DNA of 64,000 bases from Flavobacteriales bacterium (GTDB lineage Bacteria; Bacteroidota; Bacteroidia; Flavobacteriales; UBA7312): NCBI GenBank assembly GCA_037625715.1, contig JASJHQ010000049.1, positions 1,490-65,489 of the forward strand, read 5' to 3'. The notes beneath the pieces were generated by a model. The model searched no databases. It saw only the letters and a program-made list of their open reading frames with translations, and was not told the origin of the DNA. Below, piece after piece: positions 26,047-35,020 of the stretch (positions are counted from its first letter, which is position 1; every line of letters begins with the position of its first letter). A program made the position numbers and the translations under genes.

Positions 26047-26078
26047 ACAACAGTTAAAACAAAAAAATACAATCAAAA

Positions 26079-26579
26079 ATGGAAGAATTATTTAAAGACT
26101 TTTCGATAGGATTATTTGTTTGGCAAACAGTATTGTTTATCACTCTTATTTTCTTACTTAAAAAATACGCTTGGGGCCCTATATTATCTTCTATTGAAGA
26201 TAGAGAGCAGGGGATTAAAGATGCTTTAGATTCCGCACAAAGCGCAAGAGAAGAAATGCAGGCTTTAAGTGCTGACAACCAAAAAGTACTTCAGGAAGCG
26301 AAAGTGGAAAGAGATACTATTTTGAAGGAAGCTAGAGAAATGAAAGAAAGCATCATTAATGATGCTAGATCTGCAGCTTCTGTAGAGGCTGACAAAGTAA
26401 TTGAGTCTGCTAGAGAGCAAATTCAAAACGAAAAAATGGCGGCGATTACGGATCTTAAAAACCAGGTAGCTTCCCTTTCTATTGATATTGCAGAAAAAGT
26501 ATTAAAAAGCGAATTGTCGGACCAACAAAAACAAAAAGATTTTGTTGCGGCAGCTTTAAAAGATGCTGATTTAAACTAA
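26079..26579 (+). CDS. atpF: F0F1 ATP synthase subunit b
   Basis: One N-terminal TM helix followed by a long charged helix. Position is between atpE and atpH. Confidence 0.9.
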   Translation: MEELFKDFSIGLFVWQTVLFITLIFLLKKYAWGPILSSIEDREQGIKDALDSAQSAREEMQALSADNQKVLQEAKVERDTILKEAREMKESIINDARSAASVEADKVIESAREQIQNEKMAAITDLKNQVASLSIDIAEKVLKSELSDQQKQKDFVAAALKDADLN

Positions 26580-26580
26580 T

Positions 26581-27135
26581 ATGGCTAACACTAGAGCAAC
26601 ATTAAGATACGCTAAGTCACTTTTCGAATTGGCTAAAGAGCAAAATGTATTAGAAGCTTGCAAGGCGGATATGGAAATAATCATGTCTACTTGTTCTGCA
26701 TCTCATGAGCTTTCTTTATTATTAAAAAGCCCAGTTATCAAAACAGACAAAAAGCTTTCTATACTTTCGGAAGTATTCACAAGCTTGTCTCCTTTATCTA
26801 ATGCTTTTGTAGAATTAATTACTAAGAAGAAAAGAGAGCCTTTATTAGTTCAAATCGCGCAACAATTTATGTCGGTTTATAAAACTAGTTTAGGAATAGA
26901 AACGGCTATTATTACTACCGCTCAACCTTTAGATGACCAGCTTAGAACTCAGGTTTTAGAATTTATAAAAAAGCAAGGGATACAGAAAGTAGAGCTTAGT
27001 GAAAAAGTAAACGAAAATTTAATTGGAGGTGCCATTGTTCGTATTGGCGACCGTCAACTAGACGCTAGTGTATTGCGTCAGATAAACGATTTAAAACAAT
27101 CATTTAATAAAAACCTTTACATAAAGGACTTTTAA
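26581..27135 (+). CDS. atpH: F0F1 ATP synthase subunit delta
   Basis: 184-aa OSCP-like protein (RYAKSLFELA..., GGAIVRIGDRQLDASV). Operon position supports the call. Confidence 0.9.
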   Translation: MANTRATLRYAKSLFELAKEQNVLEACKADMEIIMSTCSASHELSLLLKSPVIKTDKKLSILSEVFTSLSPLSNAFVELITKKKREPLLVQIAQQFMSVYKTSLGIETAIITTAQPLDDQLRTQVLEFIKKQGIQKVELSEKVNENLIGGAIVRIGDRQLDASVLRQINDLKQSFNKNLYIKDF

Positions 27136-27147
27136 TAAACAAACGTT

Positions 27148-28728
27148 ATGGCAGAAGTAAAACCAGCTGAAGTATCAGCAATTTTAAGACAACAATTGGC
27201 AGGATTTAAATCCGAGTCAGAACTTCAAGAAGTAGGTACTGTATTGCAGGTCGGTGACGGTATTGCAAGAATCTACGGACTAACTAATGTTCAGTCTGGT
27301 GAATTGATTGAGTTCGAAAACGGACTACAAGCAATCGTTCTTAACTTAGAGGAGGACAATGTTGGAGCTGTATTATTAGGACCTTCTAAAGGAATTAAAG
27401 AAGGTGATGTAGTAAAGAGAACTAACCGAATTGCTTCTATTAATGTAGGAGAAGGAATGTTAGGTCGTGTAGTAGATACTTTAGGAAACCCTATTGACGG
27501 AAAAGGACCTATTGCTGGCGAAACTTTCGAAATGCCAATTGAAAGAAAAGCTCCTGGTGTTATATACAGACAACCAGTAAACGAACCTTTACAAACAGGT
27601 ATCAAAGCGATTGACGCGATGATTCCAGTAGGAAGAGGTCAAAGAGAATTAATTATTGGTGACAGACAGACTGGTAAAACAGCCGTTGCTATCGATACTA
27701 TTATAAACCAAAAAGAATTTTACGATAAAGGCGAACCAGTTTTCTGTATCTACGTTGCTGTAGGTCAGAAAGGATCAACGGTTGCATCTATTGCTAAAAC
27801 ATTAGAAGAGGCCGGAGCATTAGACTATACAGTTATTGTAGCTTCTAACGCATCTGACCCTGCTCCAATGCAGTTTTACGCTCCATTAGCTGGTGCTGCA
27901 ATTGGCGAATTCTTTAGAGATACAGGTCGTCCTGCTCTTATCGTATTTGATGACTTATCTAAACAAGCGGTTGCTTATCGTGAGGTTTCTCTTCTTTTAA
28001 GAAGACCTCCAGGTAGAGAGGCTTACCCAGGAGATGTATTTTATCTTCACTCTCGTTTATTAGAGCGTGCAGCAAAAGTAATTAACGATGATGCCATTGC
28101 TGCTCAGATGAATGACCTTCCTGCTTCTTTAAAAGACAAAGTAAAAGGTGGCGGTTCTTTAACAGCTCTTCCAATTATTGAAACACAAGCAGGTGATGTA
28201 TCTGCTTACATTCCTACCAACGTAATTTCTATTACTGACGGACAAATATTCTTAGATGGTGATTTATTCAACTCTGGTGTTCGTCCTGCAATTAATGTAG
28301 GTATTTCGGTATCCCGCGTAGGAGGTTCTGCACAAATTAAGTCGATGAAGAAAATTTCGGGTACTTTAAAGCTCGATCAGGCACAATACCGTGAGCTTGA
28401 AGCATTTGCTAAATTCGGGTCTGACTTAGATGCTGCTACTAAAGCAGTAATTGATAAAGGACAAAGAAATGTTGAAATATTAAAACAAGGTCAGTATTCT
28501 CCTTTAAGAGTAGAAGAGCAAGCTGCTATTATTTTCTGTGGAACAAACGGATTATTAATGGATGTTCCTACTAATAAAATTAAAGAGTTTGAAACGGAGT
28601 TCATAGCTTTCTTACACCACAAACACCAAAGTGTATTGGATGCTTTAGGTGCAGGAAAATTAACCAAAGAAATTACAGACACTTTAAGAGCTGTAACTTC
28701 TGACCTTTCTAAAAAATACAGCGCTTAA
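27148..28728 (+). CDS. atpA: F0F1 ATP synthase subunit alpha
   Basis: Walker A GDRQTGKT and [26 protein letters not shown]; full-length alpha subunit. Confidence 0.97.
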   Translation: MAEVKPAEVSAILRQQLAGFKSESELQEVGTVLQVGDGIARIYGLTNVQSGELIEFENGLQAIVLNLEEDNVGAVLLGPSKGIKEGDVVKRTNRIASINVGEGMLGRVVDTLGNPIDGKGPIAGETFEMPIERKAPGVIYRQPVNEPLQTGIKAIDAMIPVGRGQRELIIGDRQTGKTAVAIDTIINQKEFYDKGEPVFCIYVAVGQKGSTVASIAKTLEEAGALDYTVIVASNASDPAPMQFYAPLAGAAIGEFFRDTGRPALIVFDDLSKQAVAYREVSLLLRRPPGREAYPGDVFYLHSRLLERAAKVINDDAIAAQMNDLPASLKDKVKGGGSLTALPIIETQAGDVSAYIPTNVISITDGQIFLDGDLFNSGVRPAINVGISVSRVGGSAQIKSMKKISGTLKLDQAQYRELEAFAKFGSDLDAATKAVIDKGQRNVEILKQGQYSPLRVEEQAAIIFCGTNGLLMDVPTNKIKEFETEFIAFLHHKHQSVLDALGAGKLTKEITDTLRAVTSDLSKKYSA

Positions 28729-28730
28729 TT

Positions 28731-29585
28731 ATGGCTAATTTAAAAGACATACGTGCACGAATTACTTCTGTTGGTTCTACCATGCAGATTACTAGTGCAA
28801 TGAAAATGGTGTCTGCTGCCAAATTAAAAAGAGCGCAGGACGCGATTACCCAAATGCGACCTTATGCTAACAAGCTGAGAGAGCTATTGGTAAACCTTAG
28901 TTCGACTCTTGAAGGTTCGGAAGGCGGACAGTTTTCCGATGCAAGAGACACAAAAAACGTATTGTTTGTAGTAGTTACATCCAATAGAGGTTTGTGCGGT
29001 GCATTCAACTCTAACATTATTAAGAAAGCAGTTGCTGAAAGTAAAAACTTTGAGTCGGTTAGTTTCTTGACTATCGGAAAAAAAGGAAGTGAATTTTTTG
29101 CTAAAAACGGCTATAATGTTGCTTCTTCTCATGACCAATTGTTTAACGATCTTACTTTCGAAAACACATCGTTAATTGCTGAGTCTATTATGGATCAGTA
29201 TGTTAGTGGTAAATACGACAAAGTAGTTTTGGTTTACAATCAGTTTAAAAACGCAGCTTCTCAGTTGATAATGGCAGAAAGCTTTTTGCCAGTAGAAACT
29301 CCAAGCGATGAATCTGCTTCTATAGGTGATTATATTTTCGAACCATCTAAGGAAGAAATTGTTATAGATTTAATTCCTAAGTCGTTAAAAATTCAGCTTT
29401 TTAAAGCGGTCTTAGACTCTTACGCTTCGGAGCATGGAGCTAGGATGACTGCAATGCACAAAGCTACAGACAACGCGGGAGAATTAAGAAAGGAGCTAAA
29501 ATTGACTTATAACAAAGCAAGACAAGCAGCTATTACAAACGAGATATTAGAGATCGTAGGTGGTGCGGAAGCCCTAAACGGATAA
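28731..29585 (+). CDS. atpG: F0F1 ATP synthase subunit gamma
   Basis: N-terminus MANLKDIRARITSVGSTMQITSAMKMVSAAKL and C-terminus RQAAITNEILEIVGGAEAL. Confidence 0.95.
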   Translation: MANLKDIRARITSVGSTMQITSAMKMVSAAKLKRAQDAITQMRPYANKLRELLVNLSSTLEGSEGGQFSDARDTKNVLFVVVTSNRGLCGAFNSNIIKKAVAESKNFESVSFLTIGKKGSEFFAKNGYNVASSHDQLFNDLTFENTSLIAESIMDQYVSGKYDKVVLVYNQFKNAASQLIMAESFLPVETPSDESASIGDYIFEPSKEEIVIDLIPKSLKIQLFKAVLDSYASEHGARMTAMHKATDNAGELRKELKLTYNKARQAAITNEILEIVGGAEALNG

Positions 29586-29610
29586 TTTTTATATAAAACA
29601 ACTATCTTAG

Positions 29611-29637
29611 AGCCTGGTTTTTAACCAGGCTTTTTTT
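29611..29637 (+). terminator. rho-independent terminator of the atp operon
   Basis: AGCCTGGTT / AACCAGGCT forms a 9-bp stem with a 3-nt loop and is followed by TTTTTTT. It starts 26 nt after the atpG stop. Confidence 0.8.
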
Positions 29638-29689
29638 GTGGGTACGTAAGAATATTTAGTCTGTCTTACTTCAATTAGCTTTTTATTAC

Positions 29690-29697
29690 TAAATTTG
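29690..29697 (+). promoter_or_regulatory. candidate -7 box (TAAATTTG)
   Basis: TAnnTTTG match 26 nt upstream of ATG 29724. Confidence 0.4.
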
Positions 29698-29723
29698 ACT
29701 AATTCTTAAAAAACACATTTATT

Positions 29724-30278
29724 ATGAAAACAAATTTACTTTTTTGCCTAAGCTTTATTTTAATTCCCTTTATTGGCTTTGCTCAGTATTCTATTGACGA
29801 TCATTATATAGAGTTTACTGATGCTAGCTCTGTTGATGATTTTTATGCTAACACTTTTTTTAATGCTGATCAGGCGCTAACAGTTGAGTGGATTATCATT
29901 AAAGACTCAATGCCTTCTGAATGGGAGTTCTCTAACTGCTTTCCTTCTTGTTTTGCGCCAGGCATAACGTCTGGAACAGGATCGTTTGAGGCAAGTAGCC
30001 AACAATACCTAAACTGTCATTTTTACCCAAACAATGTTGCGGGTGAAGGCCTTGTTAAAATGGAAATCACAATTAATAGTTCTATTGTTGATACCGTAAC
30101 CTGGAGAGGGACTGCTAGTGATGTAACCGATATTAGTCAGTGGTATAATAATGGATCCAATCCTGTTGTAGCTGTATATAATTTATTCGGTCAGAAAATT
30201 GACAAAATCGAACCCAACCAAATACATATTTTACAATACCAAGACGGTACTATTCGTAAATCATTAAACGTTAGATAA
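29724..30278 (+). CDS. hypothetical secreted protein (3 Cys in mature part, degenerate T9SS CTD-like tail)
   Basis: Signal peptide MKTNLLFCLSFILIPFIGFAQ, motifs SNCFPSCFAPG and NCHFYP, tail VVAVYNLFGQKIDKI...IRKSLNVR. Only 2 nt separate it from the next gene. Confidence 0.5.
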   Translation: MKTNLLFCLSFILIPFIGFAQYSIDDHYIEFTDASSVDDFYANTFFNADQALTVEWIIIKDSMPSEWEFSNCFPSCFAPGITSGTGSFEASSQQYLNCHFYPNNVAGEGLVKMEITINSSIVDTVTWRGTASDVTDISQWYNNGSNPVVAVYNLFGQKIDKIEPNQIHILQYQDGTIRKSLNVR

Positions 30279-30280
30279 TT

Positions 30281-31261
30281 ATGAAATTATTTTTTAGTAG
30301 CGGTTTTGCCACAGCTTTTCTTTTCATCTCTTCGCTAGGCTTCGCTCAAAATCAAATTAACCTAGACCTTAATCATTCTTTTAATGATCAAGCATTCGTA
30401 TACGGACAAACATATACATCTAGTCAAGGAAAATCCTTGGAATTTTCTAGAGTAAGGTATTATTTATCTTCTCTTGAAATTGTTCATGATGGCGGCCAGC
30501 TTACTGTTTTAGATGAAGTATATGTTTTAGCACATGCTAATATTTCTTCTTATGACTTAGGAAGCTATAATATTGATGTGGTTGAGAAATTACGCTTTGA
30601 TGTTGGTGTTGACTATGATGCCAACCATGGTAATAGCAACGCTTTTTTGCCTTCGCATCCTCTTGGCCCTCAAGCTCCTTTAATGGATTGGGGATGGCCA
30701 TCAGGCTACTTCTTTTTTGATTTGAACGGTGCAATTGATGACAATGAAGATGGAGAGCCAAATAGCAACTTCGAATTTAGAGGATTTGGAGACGACCTTT
30801 TAACAGCTGTTGAGCTTAATTTCAATAGTGCGGCTAACTCCGGTCAGATAGACTTATCTGTACAAGTATTTTTGGATAGATGGATTGGACTTCTTGATTT
30901 AGATGTAATAGGAATTAACCACGGAAATACTCAAGCACATAATGCATACATGCAAAATACAACATCGAATAATGTTTTTGTAACAGGAATTGCAGCCTCT
31001 GCATCTTCCCTACAAACACCATCTTACATTCATGTTGATTACAGCATGTCATACGCACCAGTACTTAGCTATAAGCTAGCAGACAAACAGACTTATTCTA
31101 TTTCTGTTTATGATATGTCTGGTCGTGTTGTTTATCAAGACAAAAACCTAAATCATGAAGGAAATTATTTCATTCTCAAAGAATTAAATAGTGGAACCTA
31201 TATTGCTAAATTTGATGGGTTGACCAACTCTCAGAGCAAACGATTTGTGGTAACTAAATGA
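30281..31261 (+). CDS. MbnP-like protein fused to a T9SS type-A CTD
   Basis: Signal peptide. The stretches LEFSRVRYYLSSLEIVHDGG and PLMDWGWPSGYFFFDLNG resemble the conserved MbnP family motifs (from memory). The mature protein has no Cys. The tail YSISVYDMSGRVVYQD...GTYIAKFDGLTNSQSKRFVVTK is CTD-like. It overlaps the dihaem gene by 4 nt. Confidence 0.5.
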   Translation: MKLFFSSGFATAFLFISSLGFAQNQINLDLNHSFNDQAFVYGQTYTSSQGKSLEFSRVRYYLSSLEIVHDGGQLTVLDEVYVLAHANISSYDLGSYNIDVVEKLRFDVGVDYDANHGNSNAFLPSHPLGPQAPLMDWGWPSGYFFFDLNGAIDDNEDGEPNSNFEFRGFGDDLLTAVELNFNSAANSGQIDLSVQVFLDRWIGLLDLDVIGINHGNTQAHNAYMQNTTSNNVFVTGIAASASSLQTPSYIHVDYSMSYAPVLSYKLADKQTYSISVYDMSGRVVYQDKNLNHEGNYFILKELNSGTYIAKFDGLTNSQSKRFVVTK

Positions 31262-32226
31262 GGATAACATTACTTTTAATATACATTTTTATAGGGGTCT
31301 TTTCAGACCCCTATTCTTTGTTTATACCTAAAGGTTTTCCTACCCCATTTATTCCAGAAGACAACCAATTATCCGATTCTAGGGTTGCGTTAGGAAAGAA
31401 ATTGTTTTTCGATAATATGATGTCGCGTGACTCTTCACTTTCTTGCGCTAGCTGCCACCAGCCCCAATTTGCTTTTAGCGATGGAAGACAAAAAAGCGTT
31501 GGCATTAAAGGGAGACAAGTAAGTAGAAACGCTCCGACTCTTACTAATGTAGCTTATCAACCTTATTTCTTGCTCGATGGACTAAACCCTAGTCTAGAAA
31601 CACAAGTTAAAATTCCTATTCATGAGCACAACGAATTTGATTTTCATATTCTTCTTATTGCCGAGCGTATGAAACAAGATTCTCTTTATGTTTCGCTAAG
31701 TAAGGATGCTTACAATAGCGAACCAAGTCCTCAAGTAATAGCCTATGCTATCGCTTGTTACGAACGAACTCTAATTAGTGGTAATTCACCTTACGATCAA
31801 TATTTTTACCAAGGAAACAAGACTGCTTTAAACGATTCCGAAATTAGAGGAATGAATTTGTTTTTTGACGATCTGTATTGTGCCTCTTGCCATGGAGGGT
31901 TTAATTTTAGCGATAGCCGCTTAACCAACAACGGACTATACACCAACTATACTGATCAAGGTCGAGCAAGGCTTACAAAAAAAACCGAAGACCAAGCCAT
32001 TTTTAAAACACCTACGCTTAGAAACATTGGCTTTAGCGCTCCATATATGCACGATGGTTCTTTTGAGAGCTTAGAGCAGGTTATTGACCATTACAGCAGT
32101 GGCGCTAAAGGACATTTTAACCAAGATCCACTCATTCAACCATTCGATATCAGTCAAGATCAAAAACAAGACCTTATTGCTTTTCTAATCGCTTTGAATG
32201 ATTCTTCTTTTGTTTCTAATGACTAG
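31258..32226 (+). CDS. dihaem cytochrome c peroxidase / MauG / MbnH family enzyme
   Basis: Two CxxCH motifs: CASCH at 31444-31458 and CASCH at 31879-31893. The family motif is FKTPTLRNIGFSAPYMHDGSF. Confidence 0.85.
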   Translation: MRITLLLIYIFIGVFSDPYSLFIPKGFPTPFIPEDNQLSDSRVALGKKLFFDNMMSRDSSLSCASCHQPQFAFSDGRQKSVGIKGRQVSRNAPTLTNVAYQPYFLLDGLNPSLETQVKIPIHEHNEFDFHILLIAERMKQDSLYVSLSKDAYNSEPSPQVIAYAIACYERTLISGNSPYDQYFYQGNKTALNDSEIRGMNLFFDDLYCASCHGGFNFSDSRLTNNGLYTNYTDQGRARLTKKTEDQAIFKTPTLRNIGFSAPYMHDGSFESLEQVIDHYSSGAKGHFNQDPLIQPFDISQDQKQDLIAFLIALNDSSFVSND

Positions 32227-32287
32227 TACATACTAAGATTATACTTTTTTCTGTTTTTTGCTCAGCTCATCTGTTTCAGTAAAAAAC

Positions 32288-32295
32288 TATCTTTG
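32288..32295 (+). promoter_or_regulatory. candidate -7 box (TATCTTTG)
   Basis: TAnnTTTG match 24 nt upstream of ATG 32320. The track's TTG start at 32293 lies inside this box, which argues for the ATG. Confidence 0.45.
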
Positions 32296-32319
32296 CTGCT
32301 AATTATTATTTTTCTATTT

Positions 32320-33087
32320 ATGAGTTACCAAAATATTATAGTAAGTACTGAAAAACTAATTTGTACTATTTTAATAAATCGCCCCTCTCAACTAAACGCC
32401 CTTAATAAAGAAACGATTGAAGAGTTAAACGATGCTTTTTTAAAAGCGGACAGAGATAATGAAACAAGGTGTATTATTTTAAGCGGACAAGGAACTAAAG
32501 CTTTTGTTGCTGGAGCAGACATTAAAGAATTTGCTCATTTCAACAAAACACAAGGAGCAGATTTAGCTCGCGATGGCCAATACCTTTTATTTAATTTAGT
32601 AGAGCAGTTGTCCACCCCGGTTATTGCTGCGGTTAATGGCTTTGCTTTAGGGGGCGGCTTGGAGCTTGCAATGTCTTGCCATATCCGAATAGCTAGTGAC
32701 ACATCTAAATTAGGATTACCTGAAGTGTCTTTAGGCGTTATTCCTGGCTATGGCGGAACACAGCGTTTAGCTCAATTAGTAGGAAAAGGAAAGGCGATGG
32801 AAATGATTACTAGCGCTCAAATGATAGACGCACAGAGCGCTATGCAGTGGGGTTTGGTTAATCAAGTTTGCACACTAGACGAATTAATGGAGAGTGCTCA
32901 AAAATTAGCCAAAAAGATTGCTAGAAATTCGCCTAATGCAATTGCTTTCGCAATAAAATCGGTAAATGCTGGTTTTAGTGATGGCGGTTACGAAACCGAA
33001 ATTGAGTCGTTTGGTAATTGTTTTGAAAGCGATGATTTTAAAGAAGGAACCACAGCTTTTTTGGAAAAAAGAAAGCCTAACTTTTAG
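32320..33087 (+). CDS. enoyl-CoA hydratase/isomerase (crotonase) family protein
   Basis: Crotonase motifs FVAGADIKEF and AAVNGFALGGGLELAMSCHIRIAS, plus the C-terminal FKEGTTAFLEKRKPNF. Confidence 0.85.
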   Translation: MSYQNIIVSTEKLICTILINRPSQLNALNKETIEELNDAFLKADRDNETRCIILSGQGTKAFVAGADIKEFAHFNKTQGADLARDGQYLLFNLVEQLSTPVIAAVNGFALGGGLELAMSCHIRIASDTSKLGLPEVSLGVIPGYGGTQRLAQLVGKGKAMEMITSAQMIDAQSAMQWGLVNQVCTLDELMESAQKLAKKIARNSPNAIAFAIKSVNAGFSDGGYETEIESFGNCFESDDFKEGTTAFLEKRKPNF

Positions 33088-33095
33088 CATATAAT

Positions 33096-34562
33096 TTGAA
33101 TCCCCTAAAAAAATTATTAGGTCAAACAGCCATTTATGGTTTGAGCAGTATAGTAGGTCGTTTACTCAACTTCCTACTAGTTCCTCTATATACTAGATAT
33201 TTTACAACTGTAGAGTATGGAGAGACCACTATACTATATGCTTATGTTGCTTTTTTTGTAGTGATATTAACCTATGGTATGGAAACAGCTTTCTTCCGAT
33301 TCTCTCACCTGGAAACTGATAAAAAGAAAGTATATAGCACCACGCTACTTTCTATTATTGCTTCCTCTACTTTGTTTATGTTTATTGCATGTTTCTTTAG
33401 TCAAGAAATTGCAAATACGATTCGTTTTGGAGATCATCCCGAATACATAAAATACTTTGCTTTAATAATTGGACTTGATGCGATTTCTTCCATTTCTTTT
33501 GCTAAGCTGCGTCAGCAGAATAAAGCCATTCGCTTTGCAGTAGTTCGTTTATTAAACATATTTATAAACATCGGGCTCAACCTTTTCTTTATTATTTACT
33601 GCGATTTTGCTATAGAAAATGACTTGCAGTCTGCTACATTTATTGAAAAAATATACAATCCCGAAATAGGAATTGGCTATATCTTCATTGCCAACTTAGT
33701 AGCCAGTGCGGTAACCATAATTTTGCTTCTTCCAGAAATGTTCGGTAACTTTAAATCATTTGATAAGCTTTTGTGGAAAAAGATGTTGGTTTATGCTTCA
33801 CCACTAATGATTGCTGGTCTTGCCGGAATTGCTAATGAAACCATAGACAGAATCATTTTACAGTATTTATTGCCTTCAGATATTGCTACTTCTGAAATAG
33901 GAATTTATAGTGCATTCTACAAACTGTCTATAATTATGACTCTGTTTGTTCAGACTTTTCGTTTTGCAGCCGAACCTTTTTTCTTCGCTCAAGAGAAAGA
34001 GAAAAATTCGAAAGAGCTATACGCCCGAGTTTTAAAATACTTTACCATCGTAACCTCTATTATCTTTTTAGGATCGATGTTATATTTCGACATTATTAAA
34101 AACTTTATTGGTTCCGAATTTCAGGACCCTAGAGGTAAGCTAGTCGTGCCTATTCTTTTATTTGCAAATTTGTTTTTGGGGATCTATTATAATCTATCAA
34201 TTTGGTACAAGCTTTCTGAGCGAACTAAATACGGAGCTTATCTCTCCATTTTTGGAGCCTTGTTAACGGTAGTTTTTAACTTTATGTTTATTCCTTCCAT
34301 GGGTTTTGAAGGAGCGGCCTGGGCAACTTTAATTTGTTATTTTTCTATGACGGTGGTCTCTTATTTGCTTTCAAAAAAGTACTATCCTATTCCGTATTCT
34401 ATTTCTAGAATAAGTTTTTATTTATTTTTTAGTTTAGGCCTTTATTTATTAAGCACTTTTGTAGATATGGGAATGGCAATAAATACTGTTTATCTTCTTA
34501 TTTTTATTGGAGCTGCTATTTTATTAGAGAAACCCAAAAAAAGAGTAATTTCCAATCCATAA
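33096..34562 (+). CDS. oligosaccharide flippase family membrane protein (Wzx/MurJ-like)
   Basis: 488-aa polytopic protein. The N-terminus MNPLKKLLGQTAIYGLSSIVGRLLNFLLVPLYTRYF is typical of Bacteroidota polysaccharide biosynthesis flippases. It uses a TTG start. Confidence 0.7.
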   Translation: MNPLKKLLGQTAIYGLSSIVGRLLNFLLVPLYTRYFTTVEYGETTILYAYVAFFVVILTYGMETAFFRFSHLETDKKKVYSTTLLSIIASSTLFMFIACFFSQEIANTIRFGDHPEYIKYFALIIGLDAISSISFAKLRQQNKAIRFAVVRLLNIFINIGLNLFFIIYCDFAIENDLQSATFIEKIYNPEIGIGYIFIANLVASAVTIILLLPEMFGNFKSFDKLLWKKMLVYASPLMIAGLAGIANETIDRIILQYLLPSDIATSEIGIYSAFYKLSIIMTLFVQTFRFAAEPFFFAQEKEKNSKELYARVLKYFTIVTSIIFLGSMLYFDIIKNFIGSEFQDPRGKLVVPILLFANLFLGIYYNLSIWYKLSERTKYGAYLSIFGALLTVVFNFMFIPSMGFEGAAWATLICYFSMTVVSYLLSKKYYPIPYSISRISFYLFFSLGLYLLSTFVDMGMAINTVYLLIFIGAAILLEKPKKRVISNP

Positions 34563-34578
34563 CTTTTGATTAAACAGC

Positions 34579-35016
34579 ATGCAAACCATTAACGTAATTA
34601 ACCAGTCTAAACACGACTTACCACAATACGAAACTACCCACTCTGCAGGAATGGATGTTAGGGCTAATTTAGACACTCCTGTTGTGTTGGCGCCACTTCA
34701 AAGAGCTTTGATTAAAACAGGCTTGTTTGTGGAGCTTCCTCAAGGGTTTGAAATGCAAGTTAGACCAAGAAGTGGTTTAGCATTTAAAAAAGGAATTACC
34801 GTTTTAAATAGTCCTGGAACCATTGATGCAGACTATAGAGGAGAAATTGGCGTTCTGTTAGTTAATCTATCAGACAAAGAATTTATCGTGGAAGATGGGG
34901 AGCGCATCGCTCAATTAGTAATAGCTGCTCATCAACAACCTAATTGGAACGTTAAAGAATCATTGAGCGAAACCATTCGAGGAGAAGGCGGTTTCGGATC
35001 TACAGGAACAAAATAA
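34579..35016 (+). CDS. dut: dUTP diphosphatase
   Basis: Motifs [32 protein letters not shown] and [10 protein letters not shown]. Confidence 0.95.
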   Translation: MQTINVINQSKHDLPQYETTHSAGMDVRANLDTPVVLAPLQRALIKTGLFVELPQGFEMQVRPRSGLAFKKGITVLNSPGTIDADYRGEIGVLLVNLSDKEFIVEDGERIAQLVIAAHQQPNWNVKESLSETIRGEGGFGSTGTK

Positions 35017-35020
35017 TGTT

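Noticed and set aside
24717-29585. Absence of atpD/atpC from the ATP synthase operon as a sign of deletion or a novel ATPase
   Set aside because: A split atpBEFHAG / atpDC organisation is the normal arrangement in Bacteroidota.
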